Origin: an uncultured Planctomycetota bacterium
GTDB taxonomy: Bacteria > Planctomycetota > Planctomycetia > Isosphaerales > Isosphaeraceae
Reading direction: 5' to 3'
DNA: 64,000 nucleotides
Assembly: GCA_963737655.1 (NCBI GenBank)
Contig: CAVTTN010000002.1
Location: forward strand, 1,536,001-1,600,000
The translations under genes were made by a program, and so were the position numbers. The notes below the pieces were generated by a model. The model was not told where the DNA came from, made no database searches, and worked only from the letters and a program-made list of their open reading frames with translations. Numbering within the stretch: position 1 is the first letter of the stretch; each line of letters opens with the position of its first letter. Shown here piece after piece: positions 1-33,684 of the stretch.

Positions 1-3000
1 CATCGGCAGAAGACGAAGACGACGAGGACGCCCCCCTCATCCCCGACGAACTTTCGGAGGGGGGCAGCGATACGGCCGACGACGGCAAGGCCGACGCCGA
101 CACCCCGGTCGCCCAGGCGTTCCTGCCGTCCTCGTTCGGCCTGACCTTCTGCGTCGATCACGCCGAGTCGTCCATCCGGGTCACGGCCTCCTGGGGGCAA
201 TACAAGCGGGAGAAGCGGGACGACCGTGAGGACCACCGGGGCAACCCGCTGCGGGTCTGGAAGCGGTATCCCAGGGCAGGCACCATCGCCATCCCGCTGA
301 AGGACGGCCCGATCCCACCGACGGCCCCCGACCCCCTGTTCCCCGACATCCTCGTCCAGGGTCAGGTCCGCAAACGGGACAGCCACTTCGCCGTCACGCT
401 CTTCCTCGTCAACGCCCAGGAGGAGGGGCGGCCCAAGGACGAGTCCCACGTCTTCCAGCCGAAGCTCGTCGTCACCGCCGACGGCGACCGGGCGGTCTTC
501 TGCAAGAGGGGCACGGTCGGCCCGAACGACGACCTCGAAGAGCGCCTCACGGCGATGCTCTACCGGCACCACGTCGAGTACGCCGTCGGCCACGGCATCA
601 GCGTCCACGCCAAGGCCCCCGAGGGCTCGTCCTGCGGTGCGACGAGGATCGAGACCGTCCTGGTGCCGTCCCACGAAGTCCCCAGTACCACACCCCCCAC
701 CGAGGCCGACGCCGACGAGAACCCCGCCTTCGCCGGGCTCGCCGGGCTCGTCCTCGACATGAAAACCCTGGCCGAGGCCACCCCCAAAACGCTCCCGGCG
801 ATGCTGGCCCCGCTGGTGGCCGCCTACCGGGCCTGGATCGACCGGGAGGAGGCCCGGCTCGCCGACCCCGCCGAGGGACTCTCCCCCTTCGGCGATGCGG
901 GCCGGGTCGCCATCGACAACTGCCGCCTCACCCTCCGGCGGATCGAGGGGGGACTGGGGCTGCTGGCCGACGACCCGCAGGCGTTCGAGTCGTTCGCCTT
1001 CATGAACCGGGCCATGTGGCTCCAGCGGACCCACTCCCTCAAGTCCGAGCGGGTGCGGCGGGGCGAGTCGTTCGAGTTCGAGACGGACATCGACCTCCCG
1101 CACAACCGGAGCTGGCGTCCATTCCAGATCGCCTTCATCCTGCTCAACCTGCCGGGAGTCACAAAGCTCGACCACCACGACCGGGGCGTCGGCCCCGAGG
1201 CCCTGGCCGACCTCCTCTTCTTCCCCACCGGCGGCGGCAAGACCGAGGCATACCTGGGCCTCTCCGCCTACACCATGGCCTTGCGGCGATTGCAGGGCAC
1301 GGTCGCCGGGCGGGTCGGCGAGGAGGGCGTGGCGGTCCTGATGCGGTACACCCTCCGCCTGCTGACCATCCAGCAGTTCCAGCGGGCCACGGCCCTGCTC
1401 TGCGCCTGCGAATGGATTCGCCGCAAGGCCCTGGAGCAAGGGGACGCCCGCTGGGGCAGGACGCCGTTCCGCATCGGCCTCTGGGTCGGTCGCCGGACCA
1501 CGCCCAACCGGACCGACGACGCCGTGGAGGCGATCAAGCAGGCCCGAGGCAACCAGTTCGTCGGCGGCGGGGTCGGCACGCCGTACCAGCTCACGACCTG
1601 CCCCTGGTGCGGCAGCGCCATCGAGGCGGGCAAGCACCTCGACGCCAAGCCCTACCCCCACGGGTCGGCCCGCACGCTGACCTACTGCGGCGACAAGTTC
1701 GGCCAGTGCCTCTTCAGCCGCCGCCAGGCCGCCGAGGAGGGCCTGCCGGTCGTCGTGGTGGACGAGGAGATCTACCGGAGGCTGCCGACCCTCTTGATCG
1801 CCACGGTGGACAAGTTCGCCCAGATGCCGTGGAAGGGCGAGGTCCAGATGCTCTTCGGCAGGGTCACGGGACGCTGCGAGCGGCACGGGTTCAAGTCGCC
1901 GGAGATCGAGGACTCCACCTTCCACCCCCGGTCGAACATGGGCCTCCCCTCGGCCCGGCTGGTGGAGCACCCGCCGCTCCGCCCGCCCGACCTGATCATC
2001 CAGGACGAACTGCACCTGATCAGCGGCCCGCTCGGCACGCTCGTCGGCCTCTACGAGACGGCCATCGACGAACTCTGCACCTGGGAGGTGGGCGGCAAGA
2101 AGGTCCGCCCCAAGGTGATCGCCTCGACGGCGACGATCAAGAACGCCGACGTGCAGGTGCGGAGCCTCTTCCTGCGGACGGTCAACGTCTTCCCGCCGCC
2201 GGGCCTCGACGTGCGGGACAACTTCTTCTCGATCCAGCGGGAGCCCTCGGCGGAGGAGTTCGGCCGCCTCTACCTCGGGATCTGCGCCCCCGGACGGCGG
2301 CTGAAGGCAGCCCTGATCCGGGTCTACGTGGCCCTCCTCTGCTCGGCCCAGTCCCTCTACGAGAAGCACGGCAAGACGGTCGATCCCTGGATGACCCTCG
2401 TCGGCTACTTCAACTCCATGCGGGAACTCGGCGGGATGCGCCGCCTGGTGGACGACGACGTGTTCACCCGCTGCCGCAAGCAGGACCGCCGGGGACTGGC
2501 GAAGCGTTACTTCAACGGCGAGTATCTCGCCGAATTGACCAGCCGCATCCGGTCCGAGGAAATCCCCCAGACCCTCGACCGACTGGAGGCGGGCTTCGAC
2601 CCCGAACTCGAAGAGAAACGCAAGGAAGCGTTCAAGACCAAGGACTACAAGAACATCCCCAAGAAGCCGCTCGACGTGCTCCTGGCCACGAACATGATCT
2701 CCGTCGGCGTGGACGTGAAGCGGCTGGGGCTGATGGTCGTCGCCGGGCAGCCCAAGGCGACCGCCGAGTACATCCAGGCTACCAGCCGGGTCGGCCGGAG
2801 CTTCCCCGGCCTGGTCGTCACCGTGTTCAACTGGGCCAGGCCCCGTGACCTGTCGCACTACGAGACCTTCGAGCACTACCACTCGACGTTCTACAAGCAC
2901 GTCGAGCCGCTCTCGGTGACGCCCTTCTCGCCGGGGGCCTTGCAGCGGGGCCTGGCGGGGCTGCTGGTCTCGATGGTCCGGCTCCGGGGCACCGAGTTCA

Positions 3001-3413
3001 ACGCCAACGAGACCGCCTCCCGGATCAGCACGAGCAATCCTTTCGTCCAGGACGCCATCGAGGCGATCGCCCGGAGGGCCGAGCTGATCGGCGACGGCTC
3101 CAAGACCGGCGACTCCTGCCGGGCCGAGTTGCTGAGCAAGGCCGACCTCTGGCAGGCCGAGGCCCAGAACGACACGGGCGGGCGAGTCCTGACATACACC
3201 GAGCCCCACGGCCCGGATGGCCCGAAGAAGGGGACGACCGTCAAGCTCCTGCACAGCCCCGGCATGGACCGCTGGCAGGAGTTCACCTGCCTGAACTCGC
3301 TCCGGGAGGTCGAGCCGGGCGTCAAGTTCATCGTCAGCGACGGCGGCCTCGACGATGTGAACGCCAGGGAGCCCGAAGCGACCCCGGAAGGGGCCGGGGA
3401 GGTGATCGCATGA
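1..3413 (+). CDS. drmA: DISARM helicase DrmA (SF2 helicase), 5'-truncated by the window edge
   Basis: The frame of the 555..3413 ORF is open back to position 3 (..FLPSSFGLTFCVD..). Motifs: Walker A FPTGGGKTEAY, YTLRLLTIQQFQR, IIQDELHL, IASTAT, ATNMISVGVDV, QATSRVGR. Followed by DUF1998 and PLD genes. Confidence 0.9.
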   Translation, partial: SAEDEDDEDAPLIPDELSEGGSDTADDGKADADTPVAQAFLPSSFGLTFCVDHAESSIRVTASWGQYKREKRDDREDHRGNPLRVWKRYPRAGTIAIPLKDGPIPPTAPDPLFPDILVQGQVRKRDSHFAVTLFLVNAQEEGRPKDESHVFQPKLVVTADGDRAVFCKRGTVGPNDDLEERLTAMLYRHHVEYAVGHGISVHAKAPEGSSCGATRIETVLVPSHEVPSTTPPTEADADENPAFAGLAGLVLDMKTLAEATPKTLPAMLAPLVAAYRAWIDREEARLADPAEGLSPFGDAGRVAIDNCRLTLRRIEGGLGLLADDPQAFESFAFMNRAMWLQRTHSLKSERVRRGESFEFETDIDLPHNRSWRPFQIAFILLNLPGVTKLDHHDRGVGPEALADLLFFPTGGGKTEAYLGLSAYTMALRRLQGTVAGRVGEEGVAVLMRYTLRLLTIQQFQRATALLCACEWIRRKALEQGDARWGRTPFRIGLWVGRRTTPNRTDDAVEAIKQARGNQFVGGGVGTPYQLTTCPWCGSAIEAGKHLDAKPYPHGSARTLTYCGDKFGQCLFSRRQAAEEGLPVVVVDEEIYRRLPTLLIATVDKFAQMPWKGEVQMLFGRVTGRCERHGFKSPEIEDSTFHPRSNMGLPSARLVEHPPLRPPDLIIQDELHLISGPLGTLVGLYETAIDELCTWEVGGKKVRPKVIASTATIKNADVQVRSLFLRTVNVFPPPGLDVRDNFFSIQREPSAEEFGRLYLGICAPGRRLKAALIRVYVALLCSAQSLYEKHGKTVDPWMTLVGYFNSMRELGGMRRLVDDDVFTRCRKQDRRGLAKRYFNGEYLAELTSRIRSEEIPQTLDRLEAGFDPELEEKRKEAFKTKDYKNIPKKPLDVLLATNMISVGVDVKRLGLMVVAGQPKATAEYIQATSRVGRSFPGLVVTVFNWARPRDLSHYETFEHYHSTFYKHVEPLSVTPFSPGALQRGLAGLLVSMVRLRGTEFNANETASRISTSNPFVQDAIEAIARRAELIGDGSKTGDSCRAELLSKADLWQAEAQNDTGGRVLTYTEPHGPDGPKKGTTVKLLHSPGMDRWQEFTCLNSLREVEPGVKFIVSDGGLDDVNAREPEATPEGAGEVIA

Positions 3414-5270
3414 GCCTCTCCAGCCACATGAGGAAGTCGGAGGTCGGGGAGGTCCGGCCCAGCCAGGCCCTCACCACCTATGGGATCGGCTCGCTGGTCG
3501 ATCTGCCGAACCTCTCGGTGCTCGTCATGGGTTTGGACGACTGGCAGGCCGCCCACGCCACCGAGATCGCCGAGGAGCGGCTCCTCCGCTCGGCCAGGTC
3601 GATCCTGGGGCCGCAGGTATCCCGGCTCTTGACGCCGCCTCGTGGGGCGGAATCCCAGGGTTCGCAGACGAACTGGTTCGACGAATCCCGCCAGATCGGC
3701 GTGCCGGTGGCCCCGTTCCCCCGCTGGATGGTCTGCTCCAGTTGCCGCCTGCTGGCCCCGATCAGCTCCGGCCTCTTCGAGCCGAAGACCCCGCCCTATC
3801 GACCGGACCGGGCCAGCTACGTCCACAGCTGTAACAGCAAGGGCCGTGCGCCGCTCGTGGTCCCGGCCCGCTTCATGGTGACCTGCGAGCACGGCCACCT
3901 CGACGACTTCCCCTGGGTCGAGTTCATCCACCAGGGATCGACCGACTGCAAGGGCCTGCTCTACCTCTACGAGGTCGGGGCCAGCGGCGAGGCCCTGGAC
4001 GTGGAGGTCAAGTGTGACGGGTGCCAGACCCGCCGCCGGATGGGCCAGGCGTTCGGCCCGAACAACCGCACGTCCATGCCCACCTGCCGGGGGAGGCGGC
4101 CCCACCTGCGGGACTTCGACCCCGGCGGCTGCGACCAGGATCACGTCAAGCCGATGCTCCAGGGGGCGTCGAACCTCTGGTTCCCCATGCTGATCTCGGC
4201 ACTTTCCGTCCCGCAGGCCACCGACGACCTCGGCAGGCTGGTGGAGGAGAACTGGGTCGTCCTGGAGAAGGTCACCAGCGTCGAGGTGCTCAAGGCGTTC
4301 CGGCTCATCGGCCAGCTGAAAGACCTCAACAAGTACGGCGACGAGCCGATCTGGGCGGCGATCCAGAAGAAGGCCGAGGGGACGGTCGAGGAGCCCGACG
4401 ACCCGGACGACCTGAAGTCGCCCGAGTGGCGGGTCTTCTCCAACCCGTCGAAGGCCCAGGAGAGCCGCAGCTTCAAGCTCCGCCCGGTGCGAGCCCCCGG
4501 CCTCCTACGCCGCCTCCTTCGAGAAGGTCGTCCTCGTGGAGAAGCTGCGTGAGGTCCGGGCGCTCGTCGGCTTCACCCGCCTCGTCTCGCCTCGGGACTT
4601 CGACAGCCCCGCCGAGGTGCCCCCGGAAAACCGGGGGAGGCTGTCCCGCAGAGACCCGGCGTGGCTCCCGGCCTGCGAGACTCGGGGGGAGGGCATCTTC
4701 TTCCAGTTCTCCGAGCCGGCGATCCAGGCTTGGGCCGAGCGGAGCCACGCCTACGAGCGGGAGTTCGAGCTGGCCTACCAAGACTGGCGGGTCGGCAAGG
4801 GGCTCGACCCGAACCAGGGCTACCCCGGCATCCGCTACGTGCTCCTGCATTCGTTCGCCCACGCCCTGATCCGCCAGCTGGCCATCGAATGCGGCTACAC
4901 CAGTGCGTCGATCGCCGAGCGGATCTATTCGAGGAACCCGTCGGACGGCGACCCGATGGCGGGCGTGCTGATCTACACATCGGCCCCCGACAGCGAGGGT
5001 ACACTCGGCGGCCTCTGCGCCCTGGGCGAGCCGGACAAGCTCGGGCGGCACATCCGCCGGGCGTTGGAGAAGGTGGCGCTGTGTGCCTCCGACCCGCTCT
5101 GTTCGGAGCACCCCGTCGGCGGCGGCGAGAAGCTCCACGGGGCGTCGTGTCACTCCTGCTCGTTCCTGCCCGAGACCTCGTGCGAGCGGGGCAACAAGTT
5201 CCTGGACCGGGCGGCGCTGGTGCCGACGGTGGAACGCACCAACCTCTCCTTCTTCCGGCCGGAACTATGA
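3410..5270 (+). CDS. drmB: DISARM DrmB (DUF1998 protein), one apparent frameshift near 4495-4500
   Basis: ATGA overlap with the drmA stop. N-terminus GEVRPSQALTTYGIGSLVDL; C-terminal Cys cluster CASDPLC..GASCHSC..ETSCERGNKFLDR and LHSFAHALI. ORFs 3410..4552 and 4536..5270 join if one base is removed from 'gcccccgg'. Confidence 0.88.
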
Positions 5271-6058
5271 GCCCGGAGCGGCGTCTCATCGAGTCGGCCT
5301 ACGCCCTGGCGTGCGGCCTGCCGGGCGGTACGGTCGAGGCCCTGGCCACGGCGATCCTCTCTTGCCCAGAAAGTTCGCTGCGGGCCGAGGTCGCCCGGCG
5401 GATCGCCCATCACGAGCACCGGGATCTGGCCCTGGCCTTCGTGGACCGTTGGCGGGAGGAGTCGGGGGAGATCGACGCCCGGACGGTGGCCGTGGCGCTC
5501 CAGACGGCGGCCCATGCGGAGCGGGCGCATCGGGACTCGCATTCGGTCGAGCCGGTCTGGACCGGCCCCGACGCCGGGGTCGTGCCGTTCCGCCGCACCG
5601 AGCAGGCGATCCTCCAGGTCCTCGACGCCGCCCGGACCCGGATCACGCTGGTGAGCTTCGCCGTCTACAAGATACCCAACGTGGCGAAGGCCCTCGTGAA
5701 GGCGGCGGGGCGTGGCGTCCGGCTGACGGTCGTGGTGGAGACCCCCGACCGGATCGAGGGCCAGGGCGAATACAGCACGATCCGGGCATTGGGGCGGGAG
5801 GTGGCGGGCTGCTCCACGGTCTACTACTGGCCCCAGGAGAATCGTCGAGTCGGGGAGAACGGCAAGTTCGGCATCCTGCACGTCAAGTGCGCCGTGGCCG
5901 ACGGCGAGTGGATGTTCCTCTCCTCGGCGAACCTCACCCGGCAGGCGTTCACGATCAACATGGAGCTGGGGATGCTCGTCCGGGGCGGGTCCATGCCGAA
6001 TCGTGTGGAGCGGCAGTTCGATCAGCTCGTCCACGACGGTCACCTGAAACAAATCTGA
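5267..6058 (+). CDS. drmC: DISARM phospholipase D-like nuclease DrmC
   Basis: ATG at 5267 overlaps the drmB stop (ATGA). Single HKD motif LHVKCAVAD..SSANLT..NMELG; VWTGP motif. Confidence 0.88.
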   Translation: MSPERRLIESAYALACGLPGGTVEALATAILSCPESSLRAEVARRIAHHEHRDLALAFVDRWREESGEIDARTVAVALQTAAHAERAHRDSHSVEPVWTGPDAGVVPFRRTEQAILQVLDAARTRITLVSFAVYKIPNVAKALVKAAGRGVRLTVVVETPDRIEGQGEYSTIRALGREVAGCSTVYYWPQENRRVGENGKFGILHVKCAVADGEWMFLSSANLTRQAFTINMELGMLVRGGSMPNRVERQFDQLVHDGHLKQI

Positions 6059-6133
6059 GATCGCAATCCGTCGGCCCCCGAGGTCGCCTACCGGGACCAC
6101 CTACGACGGTCGCGGGAGGAGCACAGGTCCGAG

Positions 6134-6421
6134 ATGGTCATGCCGAGCCCGACGCAGGCGAAGGTCGAGGAAATGTTCCCGTCTATCGCCAAGTATGTCG
6201 CAGGGTACGGCTACGTCGAGATCGGCGACCAGGAGGGTTTCGGCTTCGTGGTGCGGGCGCTCGGTTATGGAGGGCTGGACTTCGAGGACGACCGATGCGA
6301 CACGCTGGCCGTGGCGATGGCCATGCTGGAGGCGGGATTGAGCCGTTGGTTCGCGGATCGTAGCTGGCCATACCCCGAAAGCGGATGTTCAGGATGCAAG
6401 GATAGTCAAGAAACGCCTTGA
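6134..6421 (+). CDS. small hypothetical protein (95 aa)
   Basis: GGAGGAG upstream (~6115-6121); protein-like composition (YGYVEIGDQ..FVVRAL..GG..TLAVAMAMLEAGLSRWF). Confidence 0.5.
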   Translation: MVMPSPTQAKVEEMFPSIAKYVAGYGYVEIGDQEGFGFVVRALGYGGLDFEDDRCDTLAVAMAMLEAGLSRWFADRSWPYPESGCSGCKDSQETP

Positions 6422-6607
6422 ATTCAGGAGGATTCGGCGACACGGCTGATTCATTACCGAACACTTTATGTTTAAGTGCGAGGATCTCAACATCTAAAAT
6501 CGAAACAGTGTTACATAATTTGTTCAGTAGAAATCATCGAACCGTCTAGAAACGCCGCGGATTCCGAAATCTCTTCAGTACACATTTGCTTTCGGGGGTG
6601 TGAACGG

Positions 6608-6748
6608 CTACAGAAAAAGCAAACAAAGGATGACGTGTTTATATTCGGAGGCGTCCACCGAACCCCGGAGCTTATCGGCGGCCTGCCAGAGGGTGTCGGC
6701 GAAGTCGAGTGGACTTCCCGAGTCGAGGGCGAGCTTCTCTTGGGCCAT
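6608..6748 (-). pseudogene. hsdM: N-terminal remnant of type I restriction-modification methyltransferase HsdM
   Basis: Not in the ORF track (46 codons). The minus strand reads MAQEKLALDSGSPLDFADTLWQAADKLRGSVDASEYKHVILCLLFL*, matching the HsdM N-terminal signature LWxAADxLRGxxDASEYK. Confidence 0.8.
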
Positions 6749-7109
6749 GCGATCACGAATTCATGAGAAAGTTGGGGCCGGTTACCCCGCGAAGGATGGG
6801 GGACGGAACCCGGGTCCCTGAGAGCTGTTAAGACCCCCGATGGGTTGAGGGTCGCATTCTCTAACATCGATCGCGGACAGTCAATAAGCCGGCTGGCGGC
6901 CGTAGCTCAAGCCTTGAGGTCGGAGCACGCGCGGACCATCGCGACAATGCCAGCGCGGACGGCCTCGGGCAACCGCTCCCAACGTTCCACGATCAGGGCG
7001 AAGCCGGGATCGGCGGATGTCTTACGCTTGTCAAGGCGCAAGGAAGGGGCAAGCTCCGGGTCGGCTAGATGCAACTGGTTTGAGGTGCTGTTCTTGCGCG
7101 AGCAGGGCG

Positions 7110-7156
<47 letters not shown>

Positions 7157-7203
7157 CTAGCAGAGCGCGGCATCCGCCGTGCAAAACCCGTGCACCGGTA
7201 AAC

Positions 7204-7252
7204 GGTTGCGACCGACCCATCGGGGGCTGGTCGCAACCTTTCTTGTTGTTTT
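7204..7252 (+). terminator. probable intrinsic terminator downstream of the tRNA 3' half
   Basis: Perfect 10-bp inverted repeat GGTTGCGACC (7204-7213) / GGTCGCAACC (7229-7238) followed by TTTCTTGTTGTTTT. Confidence 0.65.
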
Positions 7253-7525
7253 CACGCATCGGCTGTGCAGCGGAAATCCACCGCCGCGCATGATCAGCGC
7301 ACCGCGGATTCGGCCTCGTCGCCGGAGCCTGGAGCCTCTTCCGCTTCGTCTCAGTTCGCGGCCATCGTGATCCGTCCTTCCCGACCTCCTTGGCCGATCG
7401 ACCTGGAGGCGCGCCCTGGCAGGGCAGGGCAGGGTGGACTGCCGCGGCCTCGGGCCGGTGGAGCGGGGTTCGGGGCGCGAAGTCGTTCCGGGGCAGGATG
7501 ATTTGTGGGGCATGTCTGATCGCGT

Positions 7526-8971
7526 ATGATGGCCTCGGGCGAACCGGTCCTCGCCCATGAGGGCGGCGAAGGACCTTTCCGTGTTCGAATCCAGGCCCGC
7601 ATGACGCTCCCCGATGGAAGACGCTTGATCGTGGCCCCGGGGATCCTTGAGGAGCCGAACCCCGAGGGTCGCGTATTGCTCTGGGTTCCCGGTCGGCCGG
7701 TCGAGGGGGGACGGCTGTGGGACCGAGTGGGGGTCCGGCCCCGGGCCCCGATGACGGTCGATCGAGGGGTTTGCTCGGTCGAGGTCACGTCGGTGGAGCA
7801 CCGCCAGCGCGTTGCCGGCCGGCTGGCGCGATGGCTCGGCGTCGGCTCGTCGAAGGGGGCCGACCGGAGTCTCCGCCTGCCCACGGGCGAGGTCGCGGAG
7901 CCTTCGGGGAACCGGAGGACGGATCGTCGGCTCGCCTGGCCCAAGGACTCGTCGGGGAGGCTGGACGAGCAGGAGGTCCGTGCGATCTGGCCGGGGCGTC
8001 GGGAGGTCCTCGCGATCGGCCCTGAGCTTTTCCTGGTCGGAGGGCTCGGGCCGGAGGAGCCTCCGGCCTCGGAGGTGGAGCCCCGGGTGGACGCCTCGAA
8101 CGAGTCGTCGCCGAGGGCCCTGGCCGAGCGATCCCGGGATGAGGCCCGCCGGTCCGGGGACCTGGCCCGGGAGGTCGATGCCTTGATCGACCTGGGGGCC
8201 TCGCTCTTGAAAAACGGCGAATCCTCAAGGGCCGCGGAGGTCTTGTGCGAGGCGGTCCGCGCGTCGAAGAAGCTCGCGGACGCGCCGAGGAAGGCCGATG
8301 CCCTGACTCACCTCGGGATGGCCATGCTCGCCACGCGGAGGCCCCTCCGGGCGAGGATGCTCCTGAGGCCGGCCCTGAGTCACGCCCGGAGGGTCGGCGA
8401 TCCGTTCGCCGAGAAGCTGGTCCTCGAACACCTGGGGATCGCTCAGATCGGCTCGGGGGAGGCCGAAGACGCCCTGATCGGGTTCGATCGCGCCCGCTCC
8501 CTCGCGGCGGAATTGCGAGACGGTCGGCAGGAGGCGAGCGTCCTGTGGCGGGCCGCGATCCTCCTGGCGGAGATGGGCCGACGCGATCGGGCGATCGCCT
8601 CGGCGGAGGCCGCCGTGGGCGTGATGAGGCGCGAACATCACCCCGCCGCCGAATGGTATGCCGGGCACCTCGCAAGCTTCCGCGACCGGGCCCCGTCGCC
8701 CCACCCGGGAGGGTCGATCGACGCGATTCCGGCTTCGTCCGAGGGAGGTCCAGGGCTGCTGAGGATGGCGCTCACGGCCGCGAAGGCGATGAAGGCATTC
8801 GTCGGCTCGGGTTTCCGGAGGACTCCGCCCGAGGGGTATCGGGCGCGGCTGGCGGTCTGTTCGCGATGCGAGCACCACACGGGCATCCGCTGCCGCCTTT
8901 GCGGATGCCTGACGGCCGTGAAGGCCGGGATGCTCCACGAACGCTGCCCGGCCGGGCGATGGCCGTCGTGA
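7526..8971 (+). CDS. TPR-like helical repeat protein with C-terminal Cys-rich (DUF6171-like) domain
   Basis: Central TPR-like repeats (EVDALIDLGASLL, KADALTHLGMAML, EKLVLEHLGIAQI). C-terminus RLAVCSRCEH..RCRLCGC..K...ERCPAGRW. Start codon uncertain. Confidence 0.7.
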   Translation: MMASGEPVLAHEGGEGPFRVRIQARMTLPDGRRLIVAPGILEEPNPEGRVLLWVPGRPVEGGRLWDRVGVRPRAPMTVDRGVCSVEVTSVEHRQRVAGRLARWLGVGSSKGADRSLRLPTGEVAEPSGNRRTDRRLAWPKDSSGRLDEQEVRAIWPGRREVLAIGPELFLVGGLGPEEPPASEVEPRVDASNESSPRALAERSRDEARRSGDLAREVDALIDLGASLLKNGESSRAAEVLCEAVRASKKLADAPRKADALTHLGMAMLATRRPLRARMLLRPALSHARRVGDPFAEKLVLEHLGIAQIGSGEAEDALIGFDRARSLAAELRDGRQEASVLWRAAILLAEMGRRDRAIASAEAAVGVMRREHHPAAEWYAGHLASFRDRAPSPHPGGSIDAIPASSEGGPGLLRMALTAAKAMKAFVGSGFRRTPPEGYRARLAVCSRCEHHTGIRCRLCGCLTAVKAGMLHERCPAGRWPS

Positions 8972-9079
8972 CGAGGACGGCCGGTCCCTCGGATCGCCGG
9001 AGCGAGAGCGGGGCCTCGAAGGCGAGGCCCCGGCAAAGCCGACCCGAGGGTGACGACCGAACGCCTCGGGCCGCTTCGC

Positions 9080-9766
9080 TCACCGGGTCGCCCCGGGACG
9101 ACGACGGCGGCGGAGGCGGCGGGCCGCCAGGATCGACCCGCCGACCAGGCACGCCGCAAGCGAGGCCGGCTCGGGCACCGAGCGGACGTGGACCGTGGCG
9201 GGGGTATAGCTGGGGTCCAAAGAACTGGAGTCCCCCGCATCGAAATAGGTGTTCGCGCCCCTGACCAGGACGATCTGGTAGCTATCCCCGGAAGCGGTGC
9301 TTGGGACCTGGAAGCTGACCGTCGCCAGGTAGGAGAAGGGCCCGCCCGAGGTCGCCGGGAGGGGCACGAACCCGGTTACGGAGTCGTCCGAGTCGCCGCC
9401 GGAGATCGTGTCGTTGGCGTAGACCGTCGGCGTGGGCGCCCCGAAGAACGGGATCGACGTCGGTACGTTGTCCTGGTTGCTGCTCTCCTGATAGAACACA
9501 TAATTCGGATTGCCATACGGATCCGACTGCCCCGGAGTGAACTGGAGCAGGGCCGTCGGAGACCCGATCGGCACGATCTGGAGTTGCAGGCCGAAGTCGG
9601 CGAGAGTGTCGCCGGCGTTGCTGGTGATCAGGAAGTCCATGGTCCCGGTGTCTCCGGGATTCAGGGTGACGTCGGCCGCGCTGATGATCACGTCGGCGTT
9701 GGCCCCGGTCGCGATCAGGGCGACCATCAGCGCGGCGAGGGCGGTAGCACGCGGGGATAAGTTCAC
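9080..9766 (-). CDS. secreted PEP-CTERM protein with a putative cohesin-like beta-sandwich
   Basis: GTG start at 9766, signal peptide (ALAALMVALIATGANA|DV), C-terminal VPEPASLAACLVGGSILAARRLRRRRR sorting signal. Confidence 0.85.
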   Translation of the reverse strand: MNLSPRATALAALMVALIATGANADVIISAADVTLNPGDTGTMDFLITSNAGDTLADFGLQLQIVPIGSPTALLQFTPGQSDPYGNPNYVFYQESSNQDNVPTSIPFFGAPTPTVYANDTISGGDSDDSVTGFVPLPATSGGPFSYLATVSFQVPSTASGDSYQIVLVRGANTYFDAGDSSSLDPSYTPATVHVRSVPEPASLAACLVGGSILAARRLRRRRRPGATR

Positions 9767-9812
9767 GTCCAAGGGTCCTTTCTGGAAAAGGTCGAACTCG
9801 AGTCCGGAGTCG

Positions 9813-33684
<23,872 letters not shown>

